Notes under the pieces: generated by a model
What the model saw: the letters and a program-made list of their open reading frames with translations, nothing else
The model's database searches: none
Told to the model about the DNA's origin: nothing
Shown: one piece after another, positions 40,252 through 48,988 of the stretch
How positions within the stretch are numbered: position 1 is the stretch's first letter
Layout of the letters: every line of letters starts with the position of its first letter
Translations under genes and position numbers: made by a program
From: Nitrospirota bacterium
GTDB taxonomy: Bacteria; Nitrospirota; UBA9217
Length of the DNA stretch: 64,000 bases
NCBI GenBank assembly: GCA_963836175.1
Contig: CAWIIS010000008.1
Location: forward strand, 1,862 to 65,861
Direction of reading: 5' to 3'

Positions 40252-41382
40252 GTGATATCAATAAGTATGGGCTCGGTGACGCAAAAGATAAAGGACCTGA
40301 CTGCTGATATCCTCACCGGGATCGTTGACGGCGTCGTGGTGACCGATGCGCAGGGGCAGATCATCATCTGGAACCGCGCTGCGGAAGAAATGACCGGGAT
40401 CGCGGCGGCGGAAGCGCTCGGCAAAGGCATGAATGTCGTCTTTGCCGACAATCCCGCCGTGGTGAGCCAGATCGAAAAGACCTTCACGACGGGCCGCTCC
40501 TACTCTGATTACGAAACGGAGCTGGCTGCAAGGCACCGGTCGCCGCTCCCCATCGGGCTCGTGACCAGCGTGCTGGCGGATGAGGAGGGTGTCCCCACGG
40601 GCGTGATCTCCACCATCCGGGACCAGGCCGGTGTGCGGGACCTGAAGGAACGCATGCGCAGGTCCGACCGCCTCGCGACGCTCGGGATGATCGCGGCAGG
40701 GATCGCCCATGAAGTGAAGAACCCCCTGGTCGGCATTCGCGGCGCAGCACAGCTCATGCGGTCGGAACTTCGCAGTGATACGGCAGCCCGGCAGGACAGC
40801 GGGAGCTTCGAAGAATACCTCGACGTGATCATGAAGGAAGCCGACCGTCTGAACAATGTGCTCGAAGGGATCCTCGATTTTACGCGCCTCAGCCCGAGCG
40901 AGATCAAAGGAATCAACATCCACAGCATCATCGACCGGGTGCTGCTGCTGCATGAGGAGCAGGCCCGGCAGAGCAGCATCGTTCTCTCCCGCATGTACGA
41001 TCCGAGCCTGCCGGAGGTGCTCGGCAACGAGGGCCAGCTGGTGCAGGTGTTCCTGAACATCATCAAGAACGCCGTCGAGGCCATGCCCGCGGGCGGGAAA
41101 CTGACCGTGCTGACGCGCATGTCGGACCTGTTCACCAGCGTTCAGGCTGACGGAAAAAAGCACCGGCTCATGGTCATCAAGGTGAGCGATACGGGCAAAG
41201 GGATCACACCGGAGCATTTGAACGATATCTTCACGCCCTTTTTCACCACCAAGGACCGGGGAGTGGGGCTCGGCCTGGCGCTGTCCTACCAGATCGTGCA
41301 GGAGCACCTCGGCACCATCCGCGTCGAAAGCCACGAGGGCGAGGGAACGATCTTCAGCGTTTATCTGCCGCTGATGGGATGA
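40252..41382 (+). CDS. ntrB: Nitrogen-regulation sensor histidine kinase NtrB-like (PAS, HisKA, HATPase_c)
   Basis: H-box IAHEVKNPLVGIRGAAQLM (compare NtrB HEIKNPLGGIRGAAQLL). N-box NIIKNAVEAM. G-boxes DTGKGI and GVGLGL. GTG 40252 or ATG 40267 start. Confidence 0.75.
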   Translation: MISISMGSVTQKIKDLTADILTGIVDGVVVTDAQGQIIIWNRAAEEMTGIAAAEALGKGMNVVFADNPAVVSQIEKTFTTGRSYSDYETELAARHRSPLPIGLVTSVLADEEGVPTGVISTIRDQAGVRDLKERMRRSDRLATLGMIAAGIAHEVKNPLVGIRGAAQLMRSELRSDTAARQDSGSFEEYLDVIMKEADRLNNVLEGILDFTRLSPSEIKGINIHSIIDRVLLLHEEQARQSSIVLSRMYDPSLPEVLGNEGQLVQVFLNIIKNAVEAMPAGGKLTVLTRMSDLFTSVQADGKKHRLMVIKVSDTGKGITPEHLNDIFTPFFTTKDRGVGLGLALSYQIVQEHLGTIRVESHEGEGTIFSVYLPLMG

Positions 41383-41385
41383 TTC

Positions 41386-41494
41386 GATTGCGGATTGCGG
41401 ATTTCGGATTTCGGAATGAAAGTCAAAAAATGACTCTAATGTTTGCGGTATTATCCGGTTTTAATCCGAAATCCGCAATCCGAAATCCGCAATC
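41386..41494. repeat. GGATT-heptad hairpin element, copy A2 (ntrB-ntrC spacer)
   Basis: Left arm GATTGCGG ATTGCGG ATTTCGG ATTTCGG AATG. Right arm AATCCGAAATCCGCAATCCGAAATCCGCAATC. Confidence 0.75.
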
Positions 41495-41509
41495 AGAAAG
41501 ATCTACTGT

Positions 41510-42961
41510 ATGACAAACGAAAAAGTGCTGATAGTCGACGACGACGAGAGCGTCCGCTGGGTGCTCAAGAAGGCCCTTGAAAAAGAGGGCATGACCGCAG
41601 TGCTTGCCCAGGACGCTGCCGAGGCTTTCGAGCGGCTGAACGAAGGCGGCATTGCGATCGTGCTGATGGACATCCGCATGCCGGGCATGAGCGGTTTCGA
41701 GGCGCTCGACAAGATCCAGCGGGACGGCAAGGGGGTCTCGGTCATCATCATGACGGCCCAGGCAACGATGCAGAACGCCATCGAGGCGATGCGGCGCGGC
41801 GCCTTCGACTACATCACCAAACCCTTTGACCTCGACGAGGTGAACATCCTCGTGCGGAAGGCCATCGACGTGCGCCGGCTCTCGCAGGAAGTGACCGCGC
41901 TCCGGGCGGAAGTGCGCGAGAAGTACGAAGGCGGCCTCGTGGGCAATACGCCCGCAATGCAGGAGATCTACAAGACCATCGGACGGGTGGCGGAGAGCGA
42001 TGCCACGGTCCTGATCCACGGCGAGAGCGGCACGGGCAAGGAGCTCGTGGCGCGGGCAATCCACTATCACAGCAAGCGCGCGGGCCGTCCCTTTGTGGCG
42101 GTGAATTCGGCGGCCATCCCGTCGGAGCTGCTCGAGAGCGAGCTTTTCGGCCACGAGAAGGGCGCGTTCACCGGCGCGGTCATCCGGAAGATCGGGAAGT
42201 TCGAGGCGGCCGCCGGCGGCACGATGTTCCTGGACGAGATCGGCGACATGAGCCTGCCGCTGCAGGGCAAGCTGCTCCGCGTGCTGCAGGAGCGCGAGTT
42301 CGAACGGGTGGGCGGCACCGAATCGATCAGGACCGATGTGCGCGTCATTGCCGCGACCCACCAGAACCTGGAGAAGGCGGTGCGTGAAAAGCGCTTCCGC
42401 GAGGATCTGTTCTACCGTCTGAACGTGATCCAGCTCAATATCCCGCCGCTGCGGAAACGGAAGGACGACATCCCGCCGCTGGCGGAATATTTCATGCAGA
42501 AGCACCAGACCGGGCAGGGCAAACCCCGGGTACTGACCCCGGAGACGCTCAAGGTCCTCCGCGCCTATGACTGGCCGGGCAATGTGCGGGAGCTCGAGAA
42601 CGCGGTCCAGCGCGCCATCACGCTCTCGCAGGGCGACAAGATCTTTCCCGACGCCCTGCCGCCCCAGATCTTCAAGCCGGGCCATGGCGTTGCGCTCTCG
42701 TTCGAGAATTTCCTTGAAGAAAAGCTCACGGACCTCGTGGACCGCATGGGAGGGCTGGAGGTGGGCGACATCTATTCCATGGTGGTCCAGCGCGTGGAAA
42801 AGCCGCTCATCACGCTGGTGCTCAAGAAGACCGAAGGGAACCAGGTGCGCGCCGCGAACCTCCTCGGCATCAATCGCAACACGCTCAGGAAAAAGATCAA
42901 GGAACTGGGGATCAAGATGCATTTCAACGGGGACGAACGCGGGCAGGAGGAAGAGCAGTAG
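41510..42961 (+). CDS. ntrC: Sigma-54-dependent response regulator NtrC (REC, AAA+, Fis HTH)
   Basis: LIVDDDESVRWVLKKAL (NtrC-type SIRWVL motif), GESGTGKE, GAFTGA, ESELFGHEKGAFTGA, WPGNVRELEN, and C-terminal AANLLGINRNTLRKKI. Confidence 0.85.
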   Translation: MTNEKVLIVDDDESVRWVLKKALEKEGMTAVLAQDAAEAFERLNEGGIAIVLMDIRMPGMSGFEALDKIQRDGKGVSVIIMTAQATMQNAIEAMRRGAFDYITKPFDLDEVNILVRKAIDVRRLSQEVTALRAEVREKYEGGLVGNTPAMQEIYKTIGRVAESDATVLIHGESGTGKELVARAIHYHSKRAGRPFVAVNSAAIPSELLESELFGHEKGAFTGAVIRKIGKFEAAAGGTMFLDEIGDMSLPLQGKLLRVLQEREFERVGGTESIRTDVRVIAATHQNLEKAVREKRFREDLFYRLNVIQLNIPPLRKRKDDIPPLAEYFMQKHQTGQGKPRVLTPETLKVLRAYDWPGNVRELENAVQRAITLSQGDKIFPDALPPQIFKPGHGVALSFENFLEEKLTDLVDRMGGLEVGDIYSMVVQRVEKPLITLVLKKTEGNQVRAANLLGINRNTLRKKIKELGIKMHFNGDERGQEEEQ

Positions 42962-43045
42962 GGCAGTGGATGGTTATTCTTATTCGGTCATTTCAGGAAG
43001 GATGGGCATGCTGGTATGTCCATCCATTTTTTATGCATAATTCGG

Positions 43046-43675
43046 CTAAAGCGTTATCTCATTATACGCGGTATAGACGTAAAGCATAAAATCGTACTGG
43101 ATCCGGTCGTGACGCAGTGCGATGGAGGGCGAAAGGTTCTCCAGCGCGAATTTGACCATCTCTTCCGGCGACGTGAAGTGGAGCTCGGGGTCCCTGATGG
43201 GCGTGTGCGAGGAGAGGGCGCTCAGGACGAGCCCCTTGTTGCAGTGTTTGAAGAGCGTGACCAGGGCGTTCTTCAGGTCGTCGTTGACGCCCGGCACGTT
43301 CAGGTTGAACACCCCGCAGATAAAGATGTAATCGTAGAACCCTTCGAACTCATCATCATCGGCGTTCATGACCTTGAATGTGCATTCGGGGTACTTCTTC
43401 TGCGCCAGGCTGATGAAATTCTCGTTGATGTCCACTCCCGTATATTTTACCTTGATGCCCCGCCGCTTTAAAAACCGGTAAAAATCCCCGGTCCCGCATC
43501 CGTAGTCGAGGACCGTGCTGTTGTTCAACTCCGCGGCCGGCGCGATATCGGCTAGCATATGATAGCGCTTGAGCTGCCCCTGCGGCGTCCAGCGGAGCGC
43601 TTCAGGCCGGTCGCCGAATTTTTTGAAATGACTGTTGTAGAACGACAAGAGCTGCTTTTTTGAATACGGATCCAT
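43046..43675 (-). CDS. Class I SAM-dependent methyltransferase
   Basis: Motif I VLDYGCGTGDF. Post-I GVDIN. 209 aa. Confidence 0.7.
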   Translation of the reverse strand: MDPYSKKQLLSFYNSHFKKFGDRPEALRWTPQGQLKRYHMLADIAPAAELNNSTVLDYGCGTGDFYRFLKRRGIKVKYTGVDINENFISLAQKKYPECTFKVMNADDDEFEGFYDYIFICGVFNLNVPGVNDDLKNALVTLFKHCNKGLVLSALSSHTPIRDPELHFTSPEEMVKFALENLSPSIALRHDRIQYDFMLYVYTAYNEITL

Positions 43676-43812
43676 GACGTCCTCTCCCCGTGCGCCGCTA
43701 TTTTACGGTATCGCACGAAGGAAATCAAGCGCTCTTATGAATTCAGCAGTCGCCGGGTTTCGCAACTGTGGTTTCCCCGGAAAGAACCTTTTAATTCGTC
43801 ATAATGTTTTGC

Positions 43813-43841
43813 TTGACAAACTATTTTGCTTGGCTTACTAT
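43813..43841 (+). promoter_or_regulatory. Candidate sigma-70 promoter of the nuo operon
   Basis: TTGACA - 17 nt - TACTAT, 56 nt upstream of the nuoA ATG. Confidence 0.5.
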
Positions 43842-43896
43842 GCGCAAGTTTCAGAAGTTGTGTTAATCTAAAATTTAATAGCAGGGAGTTTAGTGT

Positions 43897-44271
43897 ATGA
43901 CACCAAGTACCTATCTTCCGGAACACTTTTTGCCCGTAGCAATATTCCTGTTGCTCGGTATCGCTGTCGGAGTCGGCATGCTGGTTGCCGGATGGTTCAT
44001 TCGTCCGAGGAACCCCTATCCCGAAAAGCTGCTTACGTACGAATCCGGCATCACTCCCTTCATGGACGCCAATCAGAAGTTCTCTATCCGTTACTACATC
44101 ATCGCCATGCTGTTCCTTATCTTCGATATTGAAGCCGTATTCCTTTATCCCTGGGCCGTGTCGTACAACCAGATCGGCCTCTACGGCTTTGTGGAGATGG
44201 TGATCTTCATTATCATCCTGCTCGTCGGGTATTTCTACGCGTGGAAGAAAGGGGCGCTCGAATGGGAGTAG
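43897..44271 (+). CDS. nuoA: NADH-quinone oxidoreductase subunit A
   Basis: LTYESGITP and [15 protein letters not shown] signatures. 3 TM. Confidence 0.9.
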   Translation: MTPSTYLPEHFLPVAIFLLLGIAVGVGMLVAGWFIRPRNPYPEKLLTYESGITPFMDANQKFSIRYYIIAMLFLIFDIEAVFLYPWAVSYNQIGLYGFVEMVIFIIILLVGYFYAWKKGALEWE

Positions 44272-44741
44272 TCCAGAATCTTTTTGAGGACGGGTATATC
44301 ACAACCACCGTTGATGGTTTTCTCAATTACTGCCGTGCAAGCTCCATCTGGCCCATGACGTTCGGCCTTGCCTGCTGCGCCATTGAAATGATCCAGTATT
44401 ATTCCGCTCCCCAGCACGATTTCGACCGCTTCGGCACCGTACCCCGCCCGTCTCCCCGGCAGTCCGACCTGCTCCTGGTAGCCGGTACGCTTACGAAAAA
44501 GATGGCGCCCATCGTGCGCCGCGTCTATGATCAGATGCCCGAACCGCGGTATGTCATTGCCATGGGAAGTTGCGCCGGTTCGGGCGGCATTTTTAATACC
44601 TACAGCGTGGTGCAGGGTGTCGACAATATCATTCCCGTGGACGTCTACATACCGGGCTGCCCGCCGCGTCCTGAAGCGTTGATGAACGGCATCATGAAGC
44701 TGCAAGAAAAGATCAAGAAAGAGCACTATATCCGGAAGTAA
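44262..44741 (+). CDS. nuoB: NADH-quinone oxidoreductase subunit B
   Basis: N2 cluster ligands in [20 protein letters not shown] and IPGCPPRPE. Confidence 0.9.
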   Translation: MGVVQNLFEDGYITTTVDGFLNYCRASSIWPMTFGLACCAIEMIQYYSAPQHDFDRFGTVPRPSPRQSDLLLVAGTLTKKMAPIVRRVYDQMPEPRYVIAMGSCAGSGGIFNTYSVVQGVDNIIPVDVYIPGCPPRPEALMNGIMKLQEKIKKEHYIRK

Positions 44742-44815
44742 TACACGACATAATATCCTGATCGAAACCGAGCACCGCGGACCTTTTACGCGGTTGCGGC
44801 CCGTGACGAGGTTGT

Positions 44816-45286
44816 ATGGATCCCTTACAGATCGCTAAGATGGTAGAAGAAAAATTCGCCGGTCAGGTCCTGGGTACGACGACCTATGCAGGCCAGGTCG
44901 CGATCATGGTCAAAAAAGACATGATCAGGGACATCTGCCTGTACCTCAAAGATGAACCCTCCCTCAAGATGGACCACTTGGCCGACCTGACGGCCGTCGA
45001 TTACTCGACCTATCCCGGCGACACCGGCCCACGTTTCGAAGTCGTCTATAATCTTATCTCTACTGAATTCCGCCACCGCATCCGATTGAAGGTGCGCGTG
45101 CCGGAAGAGGACCCGCGGGTCGACACCGTCTCGTTGATCTGGCAAACAGCCAACTGGCACGAACGCGAGACCTTTGACCTCATGGGGATCAAGTTCGACG
45201 GCCATCCCGACCTTCGCCGGATCCTTTTGCCTGAGGACTGGGAAGGACATCCGCTCCGGAAGGAATATCCGCTGAAAGGCTATTAA
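44816..45286 (+). CDS. nuoC: NADH-quinone oxidoreductase subunit C
   Basis: ANWHERETFDLMGIKFDGHPDLRRILLPEDWEGHPLRKEYP. Confidence 0.9.
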   Translation: MDPLQIAKMVEEKFAGQVLGTTTYAGQVAIMVKKDMIRDICLYLKDEPSLKMDHLADLTAVDYSTYPGDTGPRFEVVYNLISTEFRHRIRLKVRVPEEDPRVDTVSLIWQTANWHERETFDLMGIKFDGHPDLRRILLPEDWEGHPLRKEYPLKGY

Positions 45287-45293
45287 AAGAACA

Positions 45294-45351
45294 GGGTCAA
45301 GGGTTCAAGTAGCAAGGGGCAAGGAATGCTGCCCCGGCCCCGGCCCCTGAC
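45294..45351. repeat. G-rich heptad-like tract followed by C-rich partner (nuoC-nuoD spacer)
   Basis: GTCAAGG GTTCAAG TAGCAAG GGGCAAG GAATG, then CCCCGGCCCCGGCCCCTGAC. The left arm ends in GGAATG, as in elements A1 and A2. Confidence 0.4.
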
Positions 45352-45373
45352 TCTCTCATGGTATAGGTGACTT

Positions 45374-46567
45374 ATGTCCGCTTCCTCGACGAAAGAAATA
45401 GTCCAGAAAGAGATTACTCTGAACATGGGGCCGCAGCATCCGGCCACCCACGGCGTGCTGCGCCTGGTGCTCGATCTGCAGGGCGAAACCGTGGTAGGCT
45501 GCGACGCGCGTCCCGGGTATCTTCACCGCGGGATCGAAAAATGGATGGAAAGCAGGACCTACCATCAGATCATCCCCATGACCGACCGGCTTGAGTATAT
45601 CACCTGCATGAACAACAACCTCGGCTACGTGGTTGCCGTCGAGAAACTTGCCAACATCGAGGTCCCGGAGCGGGCGCAGTTCATCAGAACGCTGATGGCA
45701 GAGCTGACGCGGCTTTCGGGCCATCTGGTGTGGCTCGGCACCCATGCCCTTGACATCGGCGCTATGACGGTCTGCATGTATACGCTGCGGGAACGGGAGC
45801 TTATCCTCGATCTTACCGAGATGGTGACAGGCGCGCGCCAGACCGTGAGCTATGTCCGCATCGGCGGCGTGCGCAACGATATACCGCGCGATTTCTTCGA
45901 CAAGTGCCGTGAATTCACCGAGATCTTCCCCAAACGGCTTGAAGAGTACGATACGCTGATCCGGCAAAACCGCATCTGGCTCCAGCGCACCGTGGGCATT
46001 GGCGTGTTCTCGGCCAAAGATGCGGTCAACTACGGTCTGACGGGCGGCACGCTCCGCGGTTCCGGCGTGAACTACGATCTGCGCAAGGTTGAACCCTATG
46101 CAGCCTACGATAAGGTTGATTTCGACGTGCCGCTCGGCAAGAACGGCGATGTCTACGACCGGTACCTCGTGCGCATCAATGAGATGCGCCAGAGCAACCG
46201 GATCATCAAACAGTGCCTCGATATGATGCCGCCCGGACCGGTGGTGACTCCGGACCCGCGGTACGCCATTCCCGAAAAAACGAACGTCATGAAAAGCATG
46301 GAATCGCTGGCCCACCAGTTCGTGCTCATGAGCAAGTGGGTCCCCATGCCCAAGGGCGAGGTCTATGTGGCGACCGAGGCGCCGAAGGGCGAACTCGGCT
46401 TCTATATAATAAGCGACGGCAGCGGCCGGCCCTACCGTATCAAGATCCGCGCCCCCTCGTATGTGCATGTGAGCGCCCTTTCGAAGATGGTGACCGGTCA
46501 TATGGTGGCCGATGTCATCTCATGCATAGGGACCATCGACATTGTGCTGGGTGAGGTTGACCGGTAA
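45374..46567 (+). CDS. nuoD: NADH-quinone oxidoreductase subunit D
   Basis: NMGPQHPATHGVLRLVL, HRGIEK, and C-terminal TIDIVLGEVDR. Confidence 0.92.
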   Translation: MSASSTKEIVQKEITLNMGPQHPATHGVLRLVLDLQGETVVGCDARPGYLHRGIEKWMESRTYHQIIPMTDRLEYITCMNNNLGYVVAVEKLANIEVPERAQFIRTLMAELTRLSGHLVWLGTHALDIGAMTVCMYTLRERELILDLTEMVTGARQTVSYVRIGGVRNDIPRDFFDKCREFTEIFPKRLEEYDTLIRQNRIWLQRTVGIGVFSAKDAVNYGLTGGTLRGSGVNYDLRKVEPYAAYDKVDFDVPLGKNGDVYDRYLVRINEMRQSNRIIKQCLDMMPPGPVVTPDPRYAIPEKTNVMKSMESLAHQFVLMSKWVPMPKGEVYVATEAPKGELGFYIISDGSGRPYRIKIRAPSYVHVSALSKMVTGHMVADVISCIGTIDIVLGEVDR

Positions 46568-46585
46568 GTCGCCGAGGTACGCAGT

Positions 46586-46942
46586 ATGAAACTGAGAGAG
46601 ATCATCGGCATTCTTCAAGCAGAGATCCTGGCCGGCGAGGACATCATCAACGGGATAGATGTGGACCGGTGCTACAGCGCAGATCTCATGAGCGACGTGC
46701 TTGGCCGCAGCCATGCGAACGGCATACTGATCACCGGGATAACGAACCCCCAGGCAATACGGACGGCTGACATTGCCGATATCAAGGCGGTTTGTGTCGT
46801 GCGCGGAAAACAGCCTGAAGCGGAAGCGGTCGCCCTGGCAAAGCAGAAGGATATGCCTCTTTTCATCACGAAAATGGGGATGTTCGAGGCGTGCGGCATC
46901 CTGTATGCGAACGGGCTGCGGGGAGTGGCCGAGCGGCACTAG
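46586..46942 (+). CDS. DRTGG-domain protein (first copy)
   Basis: 118 aa. DLMSDVL...ILITGITNPQAIRTADIADIKAVCVVRGKQP...AKQKDMPLF fits the DRTGG domain pattern. Starts 18 nt after nuoD. Confidence 0.65.
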   Translation: MKLREIIGILQAEILAGEDIINGIDVDRCYSADLMSDVLGRSHANGILITGITNPQAIRTADIADIKAVCVVRGKQPEAEAVALAKQKDMPLFITKMGMFEACGILYANGLRGVAERH

Positions 46943-46945
46943 GCG

Positions 46946-47896
46946 ATGACACACCAGCGTAAAGAGCAGCCGCCGGATCGAATGACCAAGACCCAGGAAA
47001 TGGTCTACGAGCTTACGGTTGGCGAGGTCATGCCGCCGACAATGGTCACCGTAGCTCCGGAACAGACCATGGCGGAACTCAGGGTTCTTTTGCGTGACAA
47101 CCGCCTGTCCGGCACACCGGTGGTCGAGAACGGGAAGCTTGTGGGGATGATCAGCATCGAAGATCTGATCAACGCCCTCACCGATAACGCGATCAGCGCC
47201 CCCATCCGGGAGAGGATGAAGACCAAGGTTGAATGTCTGTATGCCGATGAACTGCTTGTCCACTGCATAGCAAAGTTTTCCAAATTCGGGTACCGGCGGT
47301 ACCCCGTAATAAACCGGGACAATGAGCTGGTCGGCATCGTCACCAAGGGGAGCATTGTAGAAGGCCTCCTCAAGAAGCTCGAGGTCGAATACGAACAGGC
47401 CGAGTCAAAAGTGGCGGTGACGCGTCAGCGGCCGACGATGAAGAAGTTCTTTGAGGATGTATCTGCTGACGAGATCAGTTTTACTTTCAAGTACCATGTC
47501 GCCGGCCATTCCCTGAAGGACGCAGGCAAGGCTGCCAGCGAACTGAAGAATGCTCTTAAAAAACTGGGCGTCTGCCCGCCGCTCCTCAGAAGGATCGGGG
47601 TCGCCACGTACGAAGCAGAGATAAATCTTGCTTCATACACCAAGGGCGGTGTGATCCGTGCCCAGGTGGAGAAGTGGGGGGTTACGGTGGAGGCAATCGA
47701 CACCGGGCCCGGAATACCCGATGTCGAAAAAGCCTTGCAGCCCGGGTTTTCCACAGCGCCTGAATGGGTGCGGGAATTGGGATTCGGCGCCGGCATGGGG
47801 CTGGTGAACATGAAAAAATGCGCTGATGAAATGAACCTTATATCATCGGTGCCCGAGGGAACTCATCTGACCATGCAGTTTTATTATACGAGTTGA
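46946..47896 (+). CDS. CBS-pair domain fused to an RsbW/SpoIIAB-like GHKL ATPase (putative Ser/Thr protein kinase)
   Basis: Two CBS motifs (VGEVM...LSGTPVVENGKLVGMISIEDL; FGYRRYPVINRDNELVGIVTKGS). C-terminal N-box-like ATYEAEINL and G-boxes DTGPGIPD and GFGAGMGL. Confidence 0.65.
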   Translation: MTHQRKEQPPDRMTKTQEMVYELTVGEVMPPTMVTVAPEQTMAELRVLLRDNRLSGTPVVENGKLVGMISIEDLINALTDNAISAPIRERMKTKVECLYADELLVHCIAKFSKFGYRRYPVINRDNELVGIVTKGSIVEGLLKKLEVEYEQAESKVAVTRQRPTMKKFFEDVSADEISFTFKYHVAGHSLKDAGKAASELKNALKKLGVCPPLLRRIGVATYEAEINLASYTKGGVIRAQVEKWGVTVEAIDTGPGIPDVEKALQPGFSTAPEWVRELGFGAGMGLVNMKKCADEMNLISSVPEGTHLTMQFYYTS

Positions 47897-47906
47897 CCGG
47901 AGACCA

Positions 47907-48257
47907 ATGAAACTACGTGACCTGGCAGCGGAGTTCGGCTTGACCGTTAAAACCGGCGCAGGGCATCTTGATAACGAGGTGACCGGCGGGTACGTGAGCG
48001 ACCTCCTGTCGGACGTCCTGGCCCACGCCGAGGACGGGAACCTCTGGGTCACGCTCCATATTCACCATAATATTGTGGCCGTGGCAGCGCATACGGGGCT
48101 GTCGGGCATCGTTCTGATACAGGGCAGGGTCCCGGACCAGGATACGATCGCCAAGGCAGAGCAGGAAGGCATTCCGATCATGGTAAGCGACCTTTCGGCG
48201 TTCGAACTGGTTGGCAGATTGTATAAGGCGGGAATCCGTGGCGCTGAGGCGCTTTAA
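47907..48257 (+). CDS. DRTGG-domain protein (second copy)
   Basis: 116 aa. YVSDLLSDVL...IVLIQGRVPDQDTIAKAEQEGIPIM. Paralogous in layout to 46586-46942. Confidence 0.65.
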   Translation: MKLRDLAAEFGLTVKTGAGHLDNEVTGGYVSDLLSDVLAHAEDGNLWVTLHIHHNIVAVAAHTGLSGIVLIQGRVPDQDTIAKAEQEGIPIMVSDLSAFELVGRLYKAGIRGAEAL

Positions 48258-48984
48258 GGCCGATCTTCATGTGCACACCTGCCTCTCTCCCTGCTCCGGT
48301 CTTGACATGTCACCGCGGGAGGTCGTGAGCGCTGCCATCGAGAAGGGGATCGACCTGATCGGAGTGTGTGACCATAACTCGGCTGAAAACGTCATTGCCG
48401 TTAAAAAGGCCGGTCTTCGCAACGGACTGGCTGTTCTCGGCGGGATGGAAGTCACTTCTTCCGAGGAAGCGCACATCCTGGTGTTCTTTGATGATGACGA
48501 TGAACTCCTGGATTTCCAGGAGTTCATTTACCAACACCTTGCCGGGAAAAATGATGGTCACTCCTTTGGACTGCAGGTGATCGCTGACGACGAGGATGGA
48601 GTAACCGGCTTTTGTGAGCGGCTTCTGATCGGAGCTACATCGCTGCCCGCAGAAGCGATCGTTGCAAAAGCCCGGGCGGCAAAAGGGGAGAGCCTCGTAA
48701 TAGCCGCTCATGTTGACCGGGAATCCTTCAGCATTATCGGACAGCTTGGATTCATCCCTGATACGCTGGTTCTGGATGCGGTGGAGGTATCGGCAAACTC
48801 GAACATTGTCGAGGCCCGAAATCGATTCCCTGATTGCGCAAAATATCCAATGATCACGAGTTCGGATGCTCACAGCCCTGCAGATATGGGGAAGCGGTTT
48901 ACCTCCTTTCTGCTGGAAGAGGGCACGGTGGCTGAGATAAAAAAAGCACTGGCCGGCAGAGACGGCAGGAAGGCTGAGTGCTGA
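48238..48984 (+). CDS. PHP-domain (polymerase/histidinol phosphatase-like) metal-dependent phosphoesterase
   Basis: ADLHVHTCLSPCS, GVCDHNS, GMEVTS..EAHILVFF and SSDAHS metal-ligand motifs. Start uncertain (GTG 48238 or TTG 48211). Overlaps the previous gene. Confidence 0.65.
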   Translation: MALRRFKADLHVHTCLSPCSGLDMSPREVVSAAIEKGIDLIGVCDHNSAENVIAVKKAGLRNGLAVLGGMEVTSSEEAHILVFFDDDDELLDFQEFIYQHLAGKNDGHSFGLQVIADDEDGVTGFCERLLIGATSLPAEAIVAKARAAKGESLVIAAHVDRESFSIIGQLGFIPDTLVLDAVEVSANSNIVEARNRFPDCAKYPMITSSDAHSPADMGKRFTSFLLEEGTVAEIKKALAGRDGRKAEC

Positions 48985-48988
48985 AGCA

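Noticed and set aside
40106-41494. Possibility that the heptad repeats are CRISPR arrays
   Set aside because: The units are 7-9 nt and directly abutting, with no spacers. The arrays are only 4-5 units long and occur as inverted pairs. There are no cas genes in the window.
41423-42922. 499-aa minus-strand ORF. Similar long antisense ORFs occur at 5267-6208, 4481-5266, 40258-41334, 45356-46501, 50542-51588, 52705-53754, 59625-60929, 61053-62090, 28270-29457, 26366-27244, 27178-27999, 21579-22568 and 48310-49353.
   Set aside because: All are mirror-frame shadows of strongly supported genes on the other strand (ntrC, kinases, nuoD/F/G/M/N, tolC, emrAB, asmA). Their translations are Arg/Gly/His/Pro-rich with no motifs, which is typical of GC-rich antisense frames.
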